A stretch of DNA of 64,000 nucleotides from Octopus vulgaris (GCA_951406725.2 OX597833.1:14136001-14200000); one strand, 5' to 3'. Shown: positions 38,661 through 52,360, numbered from the stretch's first letter. The notes: a model not told the origin generated them from the letters alone. Numbers and translations: made by a program.

Positions 38661-38950
38661 GTGTGTGTGTGTGTATATATTTATATGTATATATATATAT
38701 GTATATATATGTATATATATGTATATATGTTTATATGTATATATATATGCATGTAAAGATATACGTCCATGTATAAATATATATATATATATATATATAC
38801 ATGTATACATATATGTAAATATATATGTATTCGTATATATATATATATATATATATATATGGACATTTATATATATCTATCTATCTGTATATACTCTTGC
38901 ATAAACATCCACATTCTTTCTCTACTCAAAAACACACATATATATGTATG

Positions 38951-39003
<53 letters not shown>

Positions 39004-39393
39004 ATATATGTATAAGGAGCAAAGAGTCTATGTACGCAATGCATACACTGCAAACCTTACTATTTTTCCACGATGAATAATTTTCTCTGTAATATATAAC
39101 TGATTATTAATAATTTTCTCTCGATTCATTCTTGTCAAATTTACTTTCATTTCGCATTCCTTCATTTCTTAACATACATTGTAAACAATCGATCTTATTT
39201 AACAAATGTAAGTAGGGAAAGCTCCTGTTTGCTTTGCGAGAAACGAAGGAAAAGCTGCGAATTAATAGCTTTCTTGGTCTTTTGAGGAAAGAGCGTCAAC
39301 AAGGAAGACAAAACAAACGAGTGAGTGGTCAACAGGGAGAAAGGCGAATTTTTCTGCTTGCTTTCTATCATAGTCAATAAGAACAATGGTATT

Positions 39394-40495
39394 GGTGGAG
39401 AGCTGGCAGAAACGTTAGCACGCCGGGCGAAATGCGGAGCCGTATTTCGTCTGCCGCTACGTTCTGAGTTCAAATTCCGCCGAGGTCGATTTTGCCGTTC
39501 ATCCTTTCGGGGTCGATAAATTAAGTACCAGTTACGCACTGGGGTCGATGCAATCGACTTAATACCTATGTCTGTCCTTGTTTGTTCCCTCTATGTTTAG
39601 CCCCTTGTGGGTAGTAAAGAAATAGGTATTTCGTCAACTTTGCCTTTCATCCTTTCGGGGTCGATTAAATAAGTACCAGTTACGCACTGGGGTCGATATA
39701 ATCGACTTAATCCGTTTGCCTGTCCTTGTTTGTCCTCTCTATGTTTAGCCCCTTGTGGGCAATAAAGAAATAGGTATTTCGTCTGCCGCTACGTTCTGAG
39801 TTCAAATTCCGCCGAGGTCGACTCTGCCTTTCATCCTTTCGGAGTCGATTAAATAAGGTCGGGGTCGATGTAATCGACTTAATCCCTTTCTCTGTCCTTG
39901 TTTGTCCCCTCTGTGTTTAGCCCCTTGTAGGTAGTAAAGAAATAGGTATTTTGTCTGTCTTTACGTTCTGAGTTCAAATTCTATTGGTGTCGACTTTCCC
40001 TTTCATCCTTTCGGTGTCGATAAATTAAGTACCAGTTACGCACTGGGGTCGATATAATCGACTTAATCCGTTTGTCTGTCCTTGTTTGTCCTCTCTATGT
40101 TTAGCCCCTTGTGCGTAGTAAAAAATAGGTATTTCGTCTGTCTTTACGTTCTGAGTTCAAATTCCGCAGAGGTCGACTTTGCCTTTCATCCTTTCGGAGT
40201 CGATTAAATAAGTACCAGTTACGCACTGGGGGCGATACAATCGACTTAATACCTATGTCTGTCCTTGTTTGTCCCCTCTATGTTTAGCCCCTTGTGGGTA
40301 GTAAAGAAATAGGTATTTCGTCTGCCGTTACGTTCTGAGTTCAAATTCCGCCGAGGTCGACTTTGCCTTTCATCCTCTCGGAGTCGATTAAGTACCAGTT
40401 AGATAAGTACCAGTTAGAGACCGGGGGTCGATGTAATTAACTTACCCTAGCACCTCCGAAATTACTGGCCTTGTGCCAAAACTTGAAACCAACAT
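39394..40495 (+). mobile_element. SINE family B hexamer (one head plus five further units; last unit has the alternative tail)
   Basis: Junction aaataggtattt at about 39621, 39768, 39941, 40124 and 40307. Confidence 0.93.
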
Positions 40496-40668
40496 ATTTG
40501 TTTCGTCTAGCGCTGTGCAACTTTGTTATTAGAACTCATTCGGAAAACGAGCGTTATAACACAGTTTCGGATAGTCTAATCATTGCTTCAGCGAAAATGT
40601 GTGAACACAAACAATAAAACCGCTGATAAAATTGCAGCAAATAACTGACTGATTGATTATATAAGATA

Positions 40669-41063
40669 CTAGCAGTATCACTCGGCGTTGCTCGGGTTTG
40701 TAAGGGAAATAACTATATAAGCATTTTTAGAGATGTAAAGTATAATAGCCATCTCAATATGGCTAACCACAAAGGGGGGTGTTACCGTAGCTTTTTACGT
40801 TCTGAAATTTAATAATACATTTTTAGAGAGTTACTTCCCTTATATAATAGCAAACAAATGCATTAAAATTGAGAAAAAATGATGGTAAATTTTTTTTTAA
40901 ATCGTAGACTCATCGTAGACGCGCGCTAATACCCAGAAGGGCTCGATATGAATCACGACTATAAGATACCCGCTTTTGGTTACACTGCACCGCAAAATGT
41001 GGGAGTAGTTAGGAATCTAAATCGTTGGAGACAGACACACAACTTCACTTTTATATATAAAGA
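40669..41063 (-). mobile_element. Non-autonomous Helitron-like element with canonical ends
   Basis: Minus strand A|TC...hairpin ccgagcaacgccgag...CTAG|T. Confidence 0.8.
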
Positions 41064-41654
41064 TTACCAAGAAAAAAAAAAAGACTCCGAAATCGTAATT
41101 TCAAACTTACTATTTTCCAACAAGAAATGCATTTTAGACCGACTTCTTATAGACAGTTCATTATGGATACTTTGGCTTCTGTTCTACATTTAACTTTCTT
41201 GGAACTTCGACATTCGAATGATGCTAAATTTAATTTTAACACATGAAAGAAATTCGATCATGTCTTAATTGTAGAAACTATCTCAGCTTTACAACCGCTG
41301 TAGACTCACTATGATGTCCTAATTAAGATCTTCTGGCACAATATTAATACCACTTTAGGCTAAGTCTACCAAATCCGTCGGGAGCATTAGCATCGCGAGG
41401 ACGGCTCAGTGAAAAGTCAAAAACAGAATTGAAAGCAAAAGCGAAAGAAGCCTCCCTTTTCTTTGATCGATAAAAACTAATTTATCGAAAGCCTTCAATT
41501 AATGTCCTTTACTAGGCTCCTCAGAATCTGTCGGTTAATCTCCTTTCATTTTAGCGAGATACTTGTACCGAAACCATTACTTCCAATCTAAGCACGCATG
41601 TATACATACCCTCTTCTCTTCTCCACGCTCCTTCTCTCTTTCTCTATCTATCTC

Positions 41655-41702
<48 letters not shown>

Positions 41703-41827
41703 CCTACCTACCTACCTATCTATATATCTATCTATCTATCTATCTTTTTTGTCTGTCTATCTATCTATCCATCTATCTATCCTTATCCTTTTTCTCTATT
41801 TATCTATCTATATCTTTCTTTCTATCA

Positions 41828-41900
<73 letters not shown>

Positions 41901-41957
41901 ATTATTTATTTCACACACATAGTAATACTTGGCTCTGTTAAGTCTCCATTCGCATAT

Positions 41958-42165
41958 GGCGGCAAGCTGGCAGAAACGTTTTCACTCCGGAAAAAAATAC
42001 TGCTTCCTGACTTTATGTTCTGAGTTCAAATGTTGCCAGGTTTCGACTTCGCCTTTCATCCTTTCGATGTCGATAAAATAGTACCATAGGGCTAGAACTG
42101 GAGTCGACGTAATTACTTGCACGCTCCCTTACAATTATTCGCCTTGTTCCAAAATTTGAAACCAA
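41958..42165 (+). mobile_element. Older SINE-B copy
   Basis: ggcggcaagctggcagaaacg...gagttcaaat...cctttcatcctttcg. Confidence 0.75.
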
Positions 42166-43914
42166 TATTTACTGTGTTGTTTAAAGTAGAATCATTAGCT
42201 TAGCGGGAATTATTAGCTTAGCATTTCGTTCAATGTTCTCTCCCATTTTCTACCACGGGTGGCATTCATGTCATTATTAAGTCGATTTCAGTCGGGATTA
42301 CATTTCTTGATACAATTCTGGGGAATTACCGTTCCCCAGAAATTTAGCACGATGTATCAAGATCCCCACAAAATACAAAGTATGAAACTACCCCCAAAAT
42401 ATAAAGTGCCAATGTACTTTATAGCTTGCAAATGTAAGACATCTATGCAACCTAGATATATAAAGAATCCCTTTTAAATTTGGATAAGCTTGTTTGTTGC
42501 AGTAAAACGAATTGTAACATATCGAGTTGATCCCTTCTTCTGAGAAGGCGTAAATAAACTGCAAATGTGTATTATAGCAAGGTACTACAAAATTCTAAAA
42601 TTGTAGCCAAGATCACAAGCAGCAGCACCGCTGCCACTACCATCACCATCACCACCTCTACTACCACCACCAACGATACAAGCAGCAGCACCACCACGAC
42701 CACGGCCACGACCACGACCACGACCTCCACCACCACCACCACCACCACCCTGAAAGAGATGAAAGATAAAGTCGACCTCGGCGGATTTTGAACTCAGAAC
42801 TTACGGACGGACGAAAATGCCACTAAGCATTTTGTCCGACGTGTTAACGATTCTGTCAGCTCGACGCCTGAGGTGTGAATCATATTAAACTTACCTATGG
42901 CTTCAAAGGAATATATTTGATTAACTTGCCTGAAACAAATTCGATCGACCATTATTGTAAACGGTTTAACAAGAATCCTGAATGCTTCATTGCCATTATA
43001 TTCCCGGCAGAATGAAGTTCTGTAGGAATACGGACAAAGAACTACCAGAGTTCAGATTATAGAGTTAAGCTCCAGGATAATCTTCGATACATTCACCAAA
43101 CCACAATTCAGTGGTGATTGAAAGGAAATGGAACATTTGTAAATGCAAGAGGACGCCAATAGATTTCGTCTGGAAATTCCAGATAAATAATATTTGGCAT
43201 ATCATATGCAGAGAATAAGGTAACATTTCTAATATATGAGATATAACGAATAAAACTCACCCATACGTAAACGCGTGAGAATTTAAATGGAATATTAATT
43301 TGACGTGCATACCTGCAAACACAGAAAAGAAGATAGAAGTATACACACGCGCACACATACACACATACACACTCAGAGGCATTCGATAGTATATATGTAT
43401 ACATACGTAATAATCAGGTATACATGAATACATACAGTTTTATATTAATTTTAATAATTCGTATGAATTTGCATAAAGTTTCGGTCTATTAACCCAATCG
43501 AAAGAATGTGAAATAGGAATATATATTTACGGGATGATCAATAGAAAATTCCAGAATTCAAAGAGTGTGTGTGTGCGTGAGACAGGGTGAGAAGAAGAAG
43601 AAGGAGAAGAAGAAGAAGAAGAAAAGAAGAAGGAGGAGGGGGAGAAGAAGGGGTAGGAAGAGCTGAAGGTCTTATTAGCAAAGAATTTTACGTTCATAGA
43701 TATCAATTTAGAAAAAGAAGGAAAAAAAATCAATACTTAGGTGTGGTTAAGAAACTCGCTTTACAATCATAGGGGTTTCGTGTTCAGTCCCACTATGCAA
43801 CAGCTGGGCAAGTGACTTCTAGGGCTCCGGGCAGAACGACTTGGGAGAGAATTTGGTAGAGGAAAACTGTGCAGAAACCTTTAGCATATTATGTGTTGTG
43901 CACATAATATGCTA

Positions 43915-43947
<33 letters not shown>

Positions 43948-44277
43948 GGGCGGGGAGCTGACAGAAACGTTAGTATGCCGGGTGAAATGCGTAGCCATAT
44001 TTCGTCTGCCGTTACGTTCTGAGTTCAAATTCCGCCGAGGTCGACTTTGCCTTTCGTCCTTTCGGGGTCGATAAATTAAGTACCAGTTACGCACTGGGGT
44101 CGATATAATCGACTTAATCCGTTTGTCTGTCCTTGTTTGTCCTCTCTGTGTTTAGCCCCTTTATGGGTAATAAAGAAATAGGTATTTCGTCTGTTATTAC
44201 GTCATGATATCCAATGTATTCGACCTAATACCTTTGTTTGTCCCCTCTATGTTTAGCCCCCTGCGGGCAATAAAGAT
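43948..44277 (+). mobile_element. SINE family B with a partial second unit
   Basis: Head at 43948; junction at about 44178. Confidence 0.88.
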
Positions 44278-44304
44278 ATATGTATATATATATATACACA
44301 TATC

Positions 44305-44363
<59 letters not shown>

Positions 44364-45036
44364 GGTAGATACAAAGGTACATAGTATATACGTGTGCGTA
44401 TGTAGAAAAGGAGACGTACCTATAAGCAGAAAGGAATGGGTTAAGATTCAAACTGTTTCTATATTTCTGGTGTATATTGTCGATTCAAATCAATCCTATC
44501 TAATCTTTCACCCCCCCCTTTATGGGAGTTGCCCACTTTTAATTTTACCACGCCCTTTATTAATAATTTCAAAATTTTAATTTAATACTCCTATATGTTC
44601 CGAAAGAAAGATCCACCTCGATCCATACATCTTCCTAATATACCTTTGCCCCCTTTAAAAATTCTAAATCCTTTGTGTTTAAATATTTATATTTACGTTG
44701 TTTACTTCCCTTATTTACTTCCCAGCAATTTTCATTCATATCTCCGTCCTAACACTGAAAGTTTAAAGAGTTATTTAAACTTCATAACATTTATATTCAG
44801 GATAGTTTTTCTTATTTTCTAATTCGATCTAATTCTAGCGTTTTTTTAATTTTTCCTTTTTCCTGCCACCACCTTTTCCTGTTCTCCATAAGGTTTTATT
44901 AATGTTTTAATTTTAACAAGAAAAGATAAAAGTACACTTTCACGTTTTAATACTGTAAATAAACGTGATCTTTCTTTTTATCTTTGGCACAACAACTTCA
45001 TTTAACTCGCATTTTTAATCATTTATATTATTTTAG

Positions 45037-45358
45037 GTGGAGGCGCAATGGCCCAGTGGTTAGGACAGCGGACTCGTGGTCAGAGGATCGCGGTTTCGAT
45101 TCCCAGACAGGGCGTTGTGAGTGTTTATTGAGCGAAAACACCTCAAGCTCCACGAGGCCCTGGCAGTGGATGGTGACGATCCCTGCTGTACTCTTTCGCC
45201 ACAACTTTCTCTCACTCTTTCTTCTGTTGGCCTGCTCGCTCAGCCAGCGAGGTGGCGTCATTTGAAGGCTAAAACAATGCGAAGCGCATTGTGACCAGCG
45301 ATGTGTAGCAACATCTGATAACCTGGTCGGTCACCGTGATCACGATGATCACGGTGAT
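45037..45358 (+). mobile_element. SINE family C with tail type II
   Basis: Near-identical to 3057-3368; ends in (gtgatcac)n. Confidence 0.9.
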
Positions 45359-45900
45359 ATTACTTTAGCAAAAATCGTAATTTCTTTCGTATATGCTCAC
45401 GGCCAGGTGGTTAGATTGTTGCTCTCGCAGTCGCAAAATCGTGGTTGATATTCCTGAACCGGGAAACACGCTGTGTTCCTGAACAAACCGTTTCGTTTTA
45501 CGCTGCTCTAGAACAGTCATTTGTTAATGAACAACGTTACGTCGGGATGGCGTCCCGATCAGCGGTAGGGTTGTAATCTGGTTCGCTTATAACCCATGGA
45601 AACCGTGTAACCGGCCCTATGGTTCCTAGCACTCGACACCTAATGATCAGGTGATTCTTTTATTCTTTTACTTGTTTCTGTCATTTGACTGCGTCCATGT
45701 TGGAGCACCGCCTTGAAGGGGTTTTAGTCGAACAAATCGGCCCCAGGACTTATTCTTTGTAAGCCTTATTCTATCGGTATCTTTTGCCGAACCACTAGGT
45801 TACGGGGGTGTAAACACACCAACACCGGCTGTCAAGCTGTGACGGGCGGGGTGGCAAATACAGTCTTAAAACACACACACATATAAATATATGCATATAC

Positions 45901-46014
<114 letters not shown>

Positions 46015-46675
46015 ATTCACGGAGATTTTTTGGGTGTCTATTTTTCCAGCGCGTGGAGATGCTTATAGCCAATTCCTTGTTATAATTATGTATATAATTA
46101 TTAAGATATTTGTAAAATTCAACTATAAGGATTTTATTTCCGCGCTGACCCTCCTCTGATAAAATCATTAATGATTTTTACTCTTTATTGCAACACACAC
46201 GCGCACGCACATACACACAAACACACACACACACACATATATATATTTACTACGGGCTTTCAGTTTCAACTAATAAATTTTTGGTCGGCCCAAGGCTATT
46301 GCAGAAGACACTTGACGAAGGTGCCACGCAGTGGGACTGAACCCGGAGCCATGTGGTTGAGGAGTAAGTTTTTACCACACGGCCACGATGATGATGGTGA
46401 TATATTTATTTTCTCTCCTTTTATTGCCCCCCCCCTTTAATATCATTCTATACAATTTGTGGCGGCGAACTGGCAGAATCGTTAGCACGACGGACGAAAT
46501 GCTTAGCGGGATTTTGGTCCGAGTTCAAATTCCACAGAGATCGACTTTGCTTTTGATCACTTCGGGGTCGGTAAAGTAAGGAGGAGAAGTTGAGCACTGG
46601 AGTTAAGGTAACTGACTTATTCCTTTCTCCGAAATTGCTGGCCTTGTGCCAAAATTTGAAACCAATACCGTTATA

Positions 46676-46860
46676 CAGTAATCCCTCGCTATACCACAGT
46701 TCACCTTTCGCGTTTCACCTATCACGCTTTGCCTATCGCGGTTTATTATTTAAGCTTGCGTCAATTCTTCCTTTGTGTTGCTTTGCATTTATAATAAAAT
46801 AAATATATACAAATTATAAACATAATTAAAAAAAATATAGTACAGTACTGTTTCTACGGT
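46676..46860 (+). mobile_element. pogo/Tigger-like left end
   Basis: ta|cagtaatccctcgctata...gcgg TIR-like start; matching right TIR not seen. Confidence 0.55.
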
Positions 46861-46902
46861 TCTATATTTCAGATGAGAACCCAAGTTCAAAATTTCCCCA
46901 AG

Positions 46903-46946
46903 ACACCTGATGAGGGCTGGAGATTATATCAGCCGAAACGTTGTGT
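46903..46946 (+). ncRNA. Minimal type I hammerhead ribozyme motif (PLE-type)
   Basis: acac CTGATGA g ggctg gagattatat cagcc GAAAC GTT gtgt: stem I acac/gtgt, stem II ggctg/cagcc, palindromic ACGT stem III. Confidence 0.75.
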
Positions 46947-47514
46947 TAACAACAAACAAGATGAGGACAAATATCCGTCAAATGTAAATAATGTAAATAA
47001 AATAATGTTTCTATCTTATTGCTTAGCACTTTGGTTACTGAGACAGCACGAAGACGCGTAGCTTACTGGTTAGGAAGTTGCACTCAAGGTTGTAGTTTCG
47101 ATTCCTGGATGGGTGATGCGCGACTATTTATTTAATAATTATGATTTTTTTTTTACCAAAAATGCTTTTCTTTACATTGTCCTAGTCCACCCAGCTGTAA
47201 ACAAGTTCTACCAATAGCTGCGATGTTGGTCCTGCGACGGATAGAAACCGAGTAACGATGTGACCATGCGATATCTAGGGTTTCTGAGAGACCTTAGTAC
47301 AAGATATGAACATATATATACAAGGGCACTACATGAGCACCTACATCGCTAAAATAGAAGTCAAAAATAGTTCTGTATTTTGTCGGCAAGGTGGACTGGA
47401 GCAACATGAAGTAAAGTGTCTTGTTCAAGGAAACAACGCGTCACCGTGAATCGAAGTCCGGACCTTACGATTGTAAGCCGCCTACCTTAACCCGGAAGCC
47501 ACGAGCCTTCATAA

Positions 47515-47970
47515 AACACACACACATACACAATATTCACACAAACACACACAAACACATACACACAAATATACACACACAAACACACACATACACACAT
47601 ACTCACAAACAAACACACACATACACAAACACACAAACACACACACACATAAACACACACATACACAAATACACACGCACAAACACTCACACAAACACAC
47701 ACATACACAAACACACAAACACACGCACAAACACACACACATAAACACACACATACACAAACACAAAAACACACATACACACACAAACACATACACACAA
47801 ACACACACACACACACTGACACACACACAAGCACAAACACACAAACACATACACACAAACACACACACACAAACACACACACAAACTCACACAAATACAC
47901 GCACAAACACACACACACAAACACACACACACACAAACACACACAAACACACACACACAAACACACACAA

Positions 47971-48001
<31 letters not shown>

Positions 48002-48125
48002 AACACATACACACAAACACACACACACACAGCCACACACATAAACACACACAAACACACACAAACACACACACAGAAACACTCACACAAACACACACAC
48101 ACAAACACACAAACACACAAACACA

Positions 48126-48184
<59 letters not shown>

Positions 48185-48363
48185 ACAAACACATACACAA
48201 AAACACACACACAGACACACAAACACAAACACACACAAACACACACACACAAACACACAAATACACGCACACAAACACACACAAACATAACACACAAACA
48301 CATACACACAAACACACAAACACACAAACACATACACACAAAGACATACACACAAATACACAA

Positions 48364-48394
<31 letters not shown>

Positions 48395-48491
48395 AACACA
48401 CACACACGTACACACACAAACACTCACACGCACAAACAAACACACACACAAACACACTCACACAAACACACACACTCACACAAACACACAC
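47515..48491. repeat. About 1-kb (CA)n/(CACAAA)n microsatellite
   Basis: Direct inspection. Confidence 0.96.
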
Positions 48492-48952
48492 ATTTAACCT
48501 TTTGAAACTTTGTTTACATTTTCCTTGATAATTCTTAATTACTTTATATTTTCTTTGATATCTTCATAACTGGACTCGCTTTTTCTTTACCATTTAACCT
48601 ATTAACATTATAACCCGATGAAATGTATAAAACGCCAGAATACTACAAAAATATTTTCTCAAACATCGCCATAATAACTTTGGCCGTAAAAATTTCCGTT
48701 AAATTTCTTATCTCTATATTTTCTTATTGATGAAGGTGACACCATTTTCAGAACACACCTATCCTGTCCATTAGATTTCCATTCATTAATTTCTTCCGCA
48801 CCACATTCGTGTTTTTGTTTTTTTTTGGGTTTTTTTCTGTATTTTTCCTCTGATCTTTGCCTTTATTTTATTAGATTTGTTTCGTTTTATATGTTCTTTA
48901 TAGCTCCTGTTCACGGCTATACAAAACTCAAACACTTTTGCATTTAACTACA

Positions 48953-48953
48953 C

Positions 48954-49034
<81 letters not shown>

Positions 49035-49283
49035 AGCCTACCTACCTACCTACCTACCTACCTACCCAATACCTACCTACATACCTACCTACCTACCTAC
49101 TTACCTACCTACCTACCTACCTACCTACCTACCCACCCACCTACCTACCTACCTACCTACCCACCCACCTACCTACCCACCTACCTACCTACCCACCAAC
49201 CTACCTACCTACCCACCTACCTACCTACCTACCTACCTACCTACCTACCTACCTACCTACCTACCTACCTACCTACCTACCTA
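48953..49283. repeat. (ATCT)n/(ACCT)n microsatellite
   Basis: Direct inspection. Confidence 0.95.
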
Positions 49284-49520
49284 TCGTATTTCTTTTGTGT
49301 TCAGTTATAGTATTCAATATTCTGTGCCCAAAAGCAATTGATCTCTGTAAACAATCCAACCAAGTGTTTCCCCGAAGAACTGTTGCGGTCCGGTATTCTA
49401 TTGTCCTTGAATCATCCCCTGTAGAAGACGCAAATAACCACTATTGTTAAACTCACGTTGAGGGAGAATGATGCAGACTACATATTGTGTTTAATATACT
49501 TCTTCCTATATATGTGTGTG

Positions 49521-49568
<48 letters not shown>

Positions 49569-49576
49569 CATATATA

Positions 49577-49720
49577 TATAACCACAAAATAAGCAACAAG
49601 AATGGATCCGGTAATTTAGTACAATTGTTTCATAATATAACAATTTATTAAAGCTGCAAATATTACAGCAAATTGTACTAAATTACCGGATCCATTGTTG
49701 CTGCTTATTTTTTGGTTATA
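49577..49720. repeat. Inverted repeat with 50-bp arms and a 44-bp spacer
   Basis: aatggatccggtaatttagtacaatt pairs with aattgtactaaattaccggatccatt. Confidence 0.9.
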
Positions 49721-50210
49721 ATCACCCCACATAATTTTATGGGTAATACCATAAAAAAATCTGGTGCATCTAAGTTAAGTACCATATTCATTTGAATCTA
49801 AATTGTTTTGCTGAAATTATATATATATATATTAATATCGAGCAATGTGAATGAGTGTGCAATACCGCTTTACTGGCTTAAAACTATTTTTGTTTTACAG
49901 TTACCATAGGTTTCATGTGAAGAAAGACACCAACAGTTAATGCTTGATAATTGCTGATGTCTCACTTAAAATGAAACCAACGGTAACCTTAATATAGAAA
50001 TAAAGTATATATATATATATATATAATACAAAATTAGAAAATGGAGAAACATACTTAAATCAATCAAACATCAACATCAGATGATACCCAATCAATACTT
50101 TATTACACAATTACATAACAACAAAGGCATTATACAAAATATGTTGTAAATATAATTAGACAAGGAAATATAAATATAAAATATAAAATATAATATATAA
50201 TTATATCATA

Positions 50211-50321
50211 TCTGACAGCTGTTTCGGCCGTGAGGACAAGTATGCCTCATTTAACCTATAAGCCATATAAGGCACGTATAAATGAGACATTAACAAGGAT
50301 GTCCCACGGCCTCTTCAGAGA
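50211..50321 (-). ncRNA. Type I hammerhead ribozyme with a long extended stem II
   Basis: Minus strand: tct CTGAAGA ggccgtg-ggaca...tgtcc-t-cacggcc GAAAC agct GTC aga; inner pairing tgtctcattta/taaatgaggca. Confidence 0.82.
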
Positions 50322-50669
50322 ATTTAATTTAATATAAGTGTGACAAAATTTTTTTACATATAAATATAAAAATATAAAATATAAAAATGTGTGCATAGAC
50401 ACTCATAATACTACACATATATATATACTCATTAATACAATAATACAAAATAAACAAAATATATCAATATACATTAACAAACACAGTTATTCTACATATT
50501 GGACTCCTAGTTCCATAACTAACCTCAATGAAATTATATGCACACTCACATTTAAATTTAAATCAGACATATATACACAAAAAATAATAAAAAACACACA
50601 TTTCAGTTCATAAAATTATAACCCTACAAAAGTCAATAAAAATTACTATTAATATTAATAATAATAATG

Positions 50670-50728
<59 letters not shown>

Positions 50729-51046
50729 TAATAATAATAAATACAACCATGACTGTACCAAGTACATATATATATATATATATATAATTTAAATAAGAAA
50801 CGTAGAAATTTTAATCGATGCTCTGAACTGCAAATCACACAAACGTTACTAGAATACATACAATATATATATGTAGCATATTCCAAAAATTTATCCGCAT
50901 TGCAATCAATTGCATTTTAACCGATGTTTCTTCAATTATTGTTAATGAGGTGAAAGTCTGGATTATAATTATCCTTTCAATCGTCTGTCTGTCTGTCAGT
51001 GTCTGTCTCTGTCTGTCTGTCTCTCTCTCTCCATCACTCCATCTAT

Positions 51047-51140
<94 letters not shown>

Positions 51141-52313
51141 GAAATAAAAAAATGGGACAAGTACGTAAAATACCCAGACGGACGATACAAAGAAAGCAAG
51201 GACGGGTCATTCGGAGTTTTCTTTCCTCAGTCGAGTTCCAGATTATCTTTGCAATTTCGGCTGGTTATACTCGCATGGTGTTCATAAATTACGGTCGCAA
51301 TTTGAAAAATTCAGAAAAATGTAATTTGCCACTTAATCTATAGAGATATAAATAATTGCACATACAAAATTTCAGCTAGATCAAACAACTGCAAGTGGGT
51401 CAGGGGCATTACTTATTGAACGTCCCTCGTATTTACCGACTCCTATGGTTAGGTTCTCTTTCTCCCTCTTCTCTCACTCTTTCTATCACTCTAAACCTCT
51501 CCCTTCCTTTGTTATCAGTTCTCATCTTACTCTCTATATACATATTTATCTTTCAAGTTTTTCTATTCAAATATATCACCTTCAATTGAAAGCCACGAGC
51601 GGAAAAATTCTAAATGAAGTAATTAAATTTTATTTGAAAAAGCGTGCGCGAAGCATTGTAAAATTTGAATTGAAAAGAATAAAAAGAAAAAAAGAAGTTC
51701 TTTACAATGCATATTCAAAAAAAAGAAAAAAAATGCAAGCATTTAATCTATTTCACATTAAAATTTCGTGTATGATAAATTCACTCTTAACAAAAAATGA
51801 AAAGACAGCAACGAATGATAATTGCTAATTTGAAACCACATTCAAATTCATAACAAGCCAGGTTTTTTTTTAGAAGGATATTGTATAATCAAACACGCTC
51901 CAATCTTCAATCTTTGTGAATCAAATGTTAACAATGTCCCTCCTACCATTTATGTTCGTTTGAGGGTAGCAGTGGGAGAAGTCCAGTAATTGTAATTTTT
52001 GTTTTCCAAATCAATTCTTTACGCATGTGTGTGTGTTAAAATGTCACGGCTAAGTTTATTCAATTTTTGTTTTTGTGTCTCGTAAACACAGCATCTTTTC
52101 TGCTGAATTTGAAGACAGTATCTATTCTGCTGTTAAAATCAGTTTCTGGCTTTTCTCTTCTTGAACATGAGTTTTTATGTTCAAAATATTAATGTGAAAG
52201 AGATTAGCTGCTTAATTTATTAATACATGATTTCCTATATCATATTAGTGTGTATGTATACATTCATATACAAACATAATAAACGCATACATACACAGTA
52301 ACACACACACACA

Positions 52314-52360
<47 letters not shown>

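Noticed and set aside
51152-51275. Possible Penelope-like terminal fragment
   Set aside because: Recognised only from memory; no complete ribozyme core or ORF in this copy.
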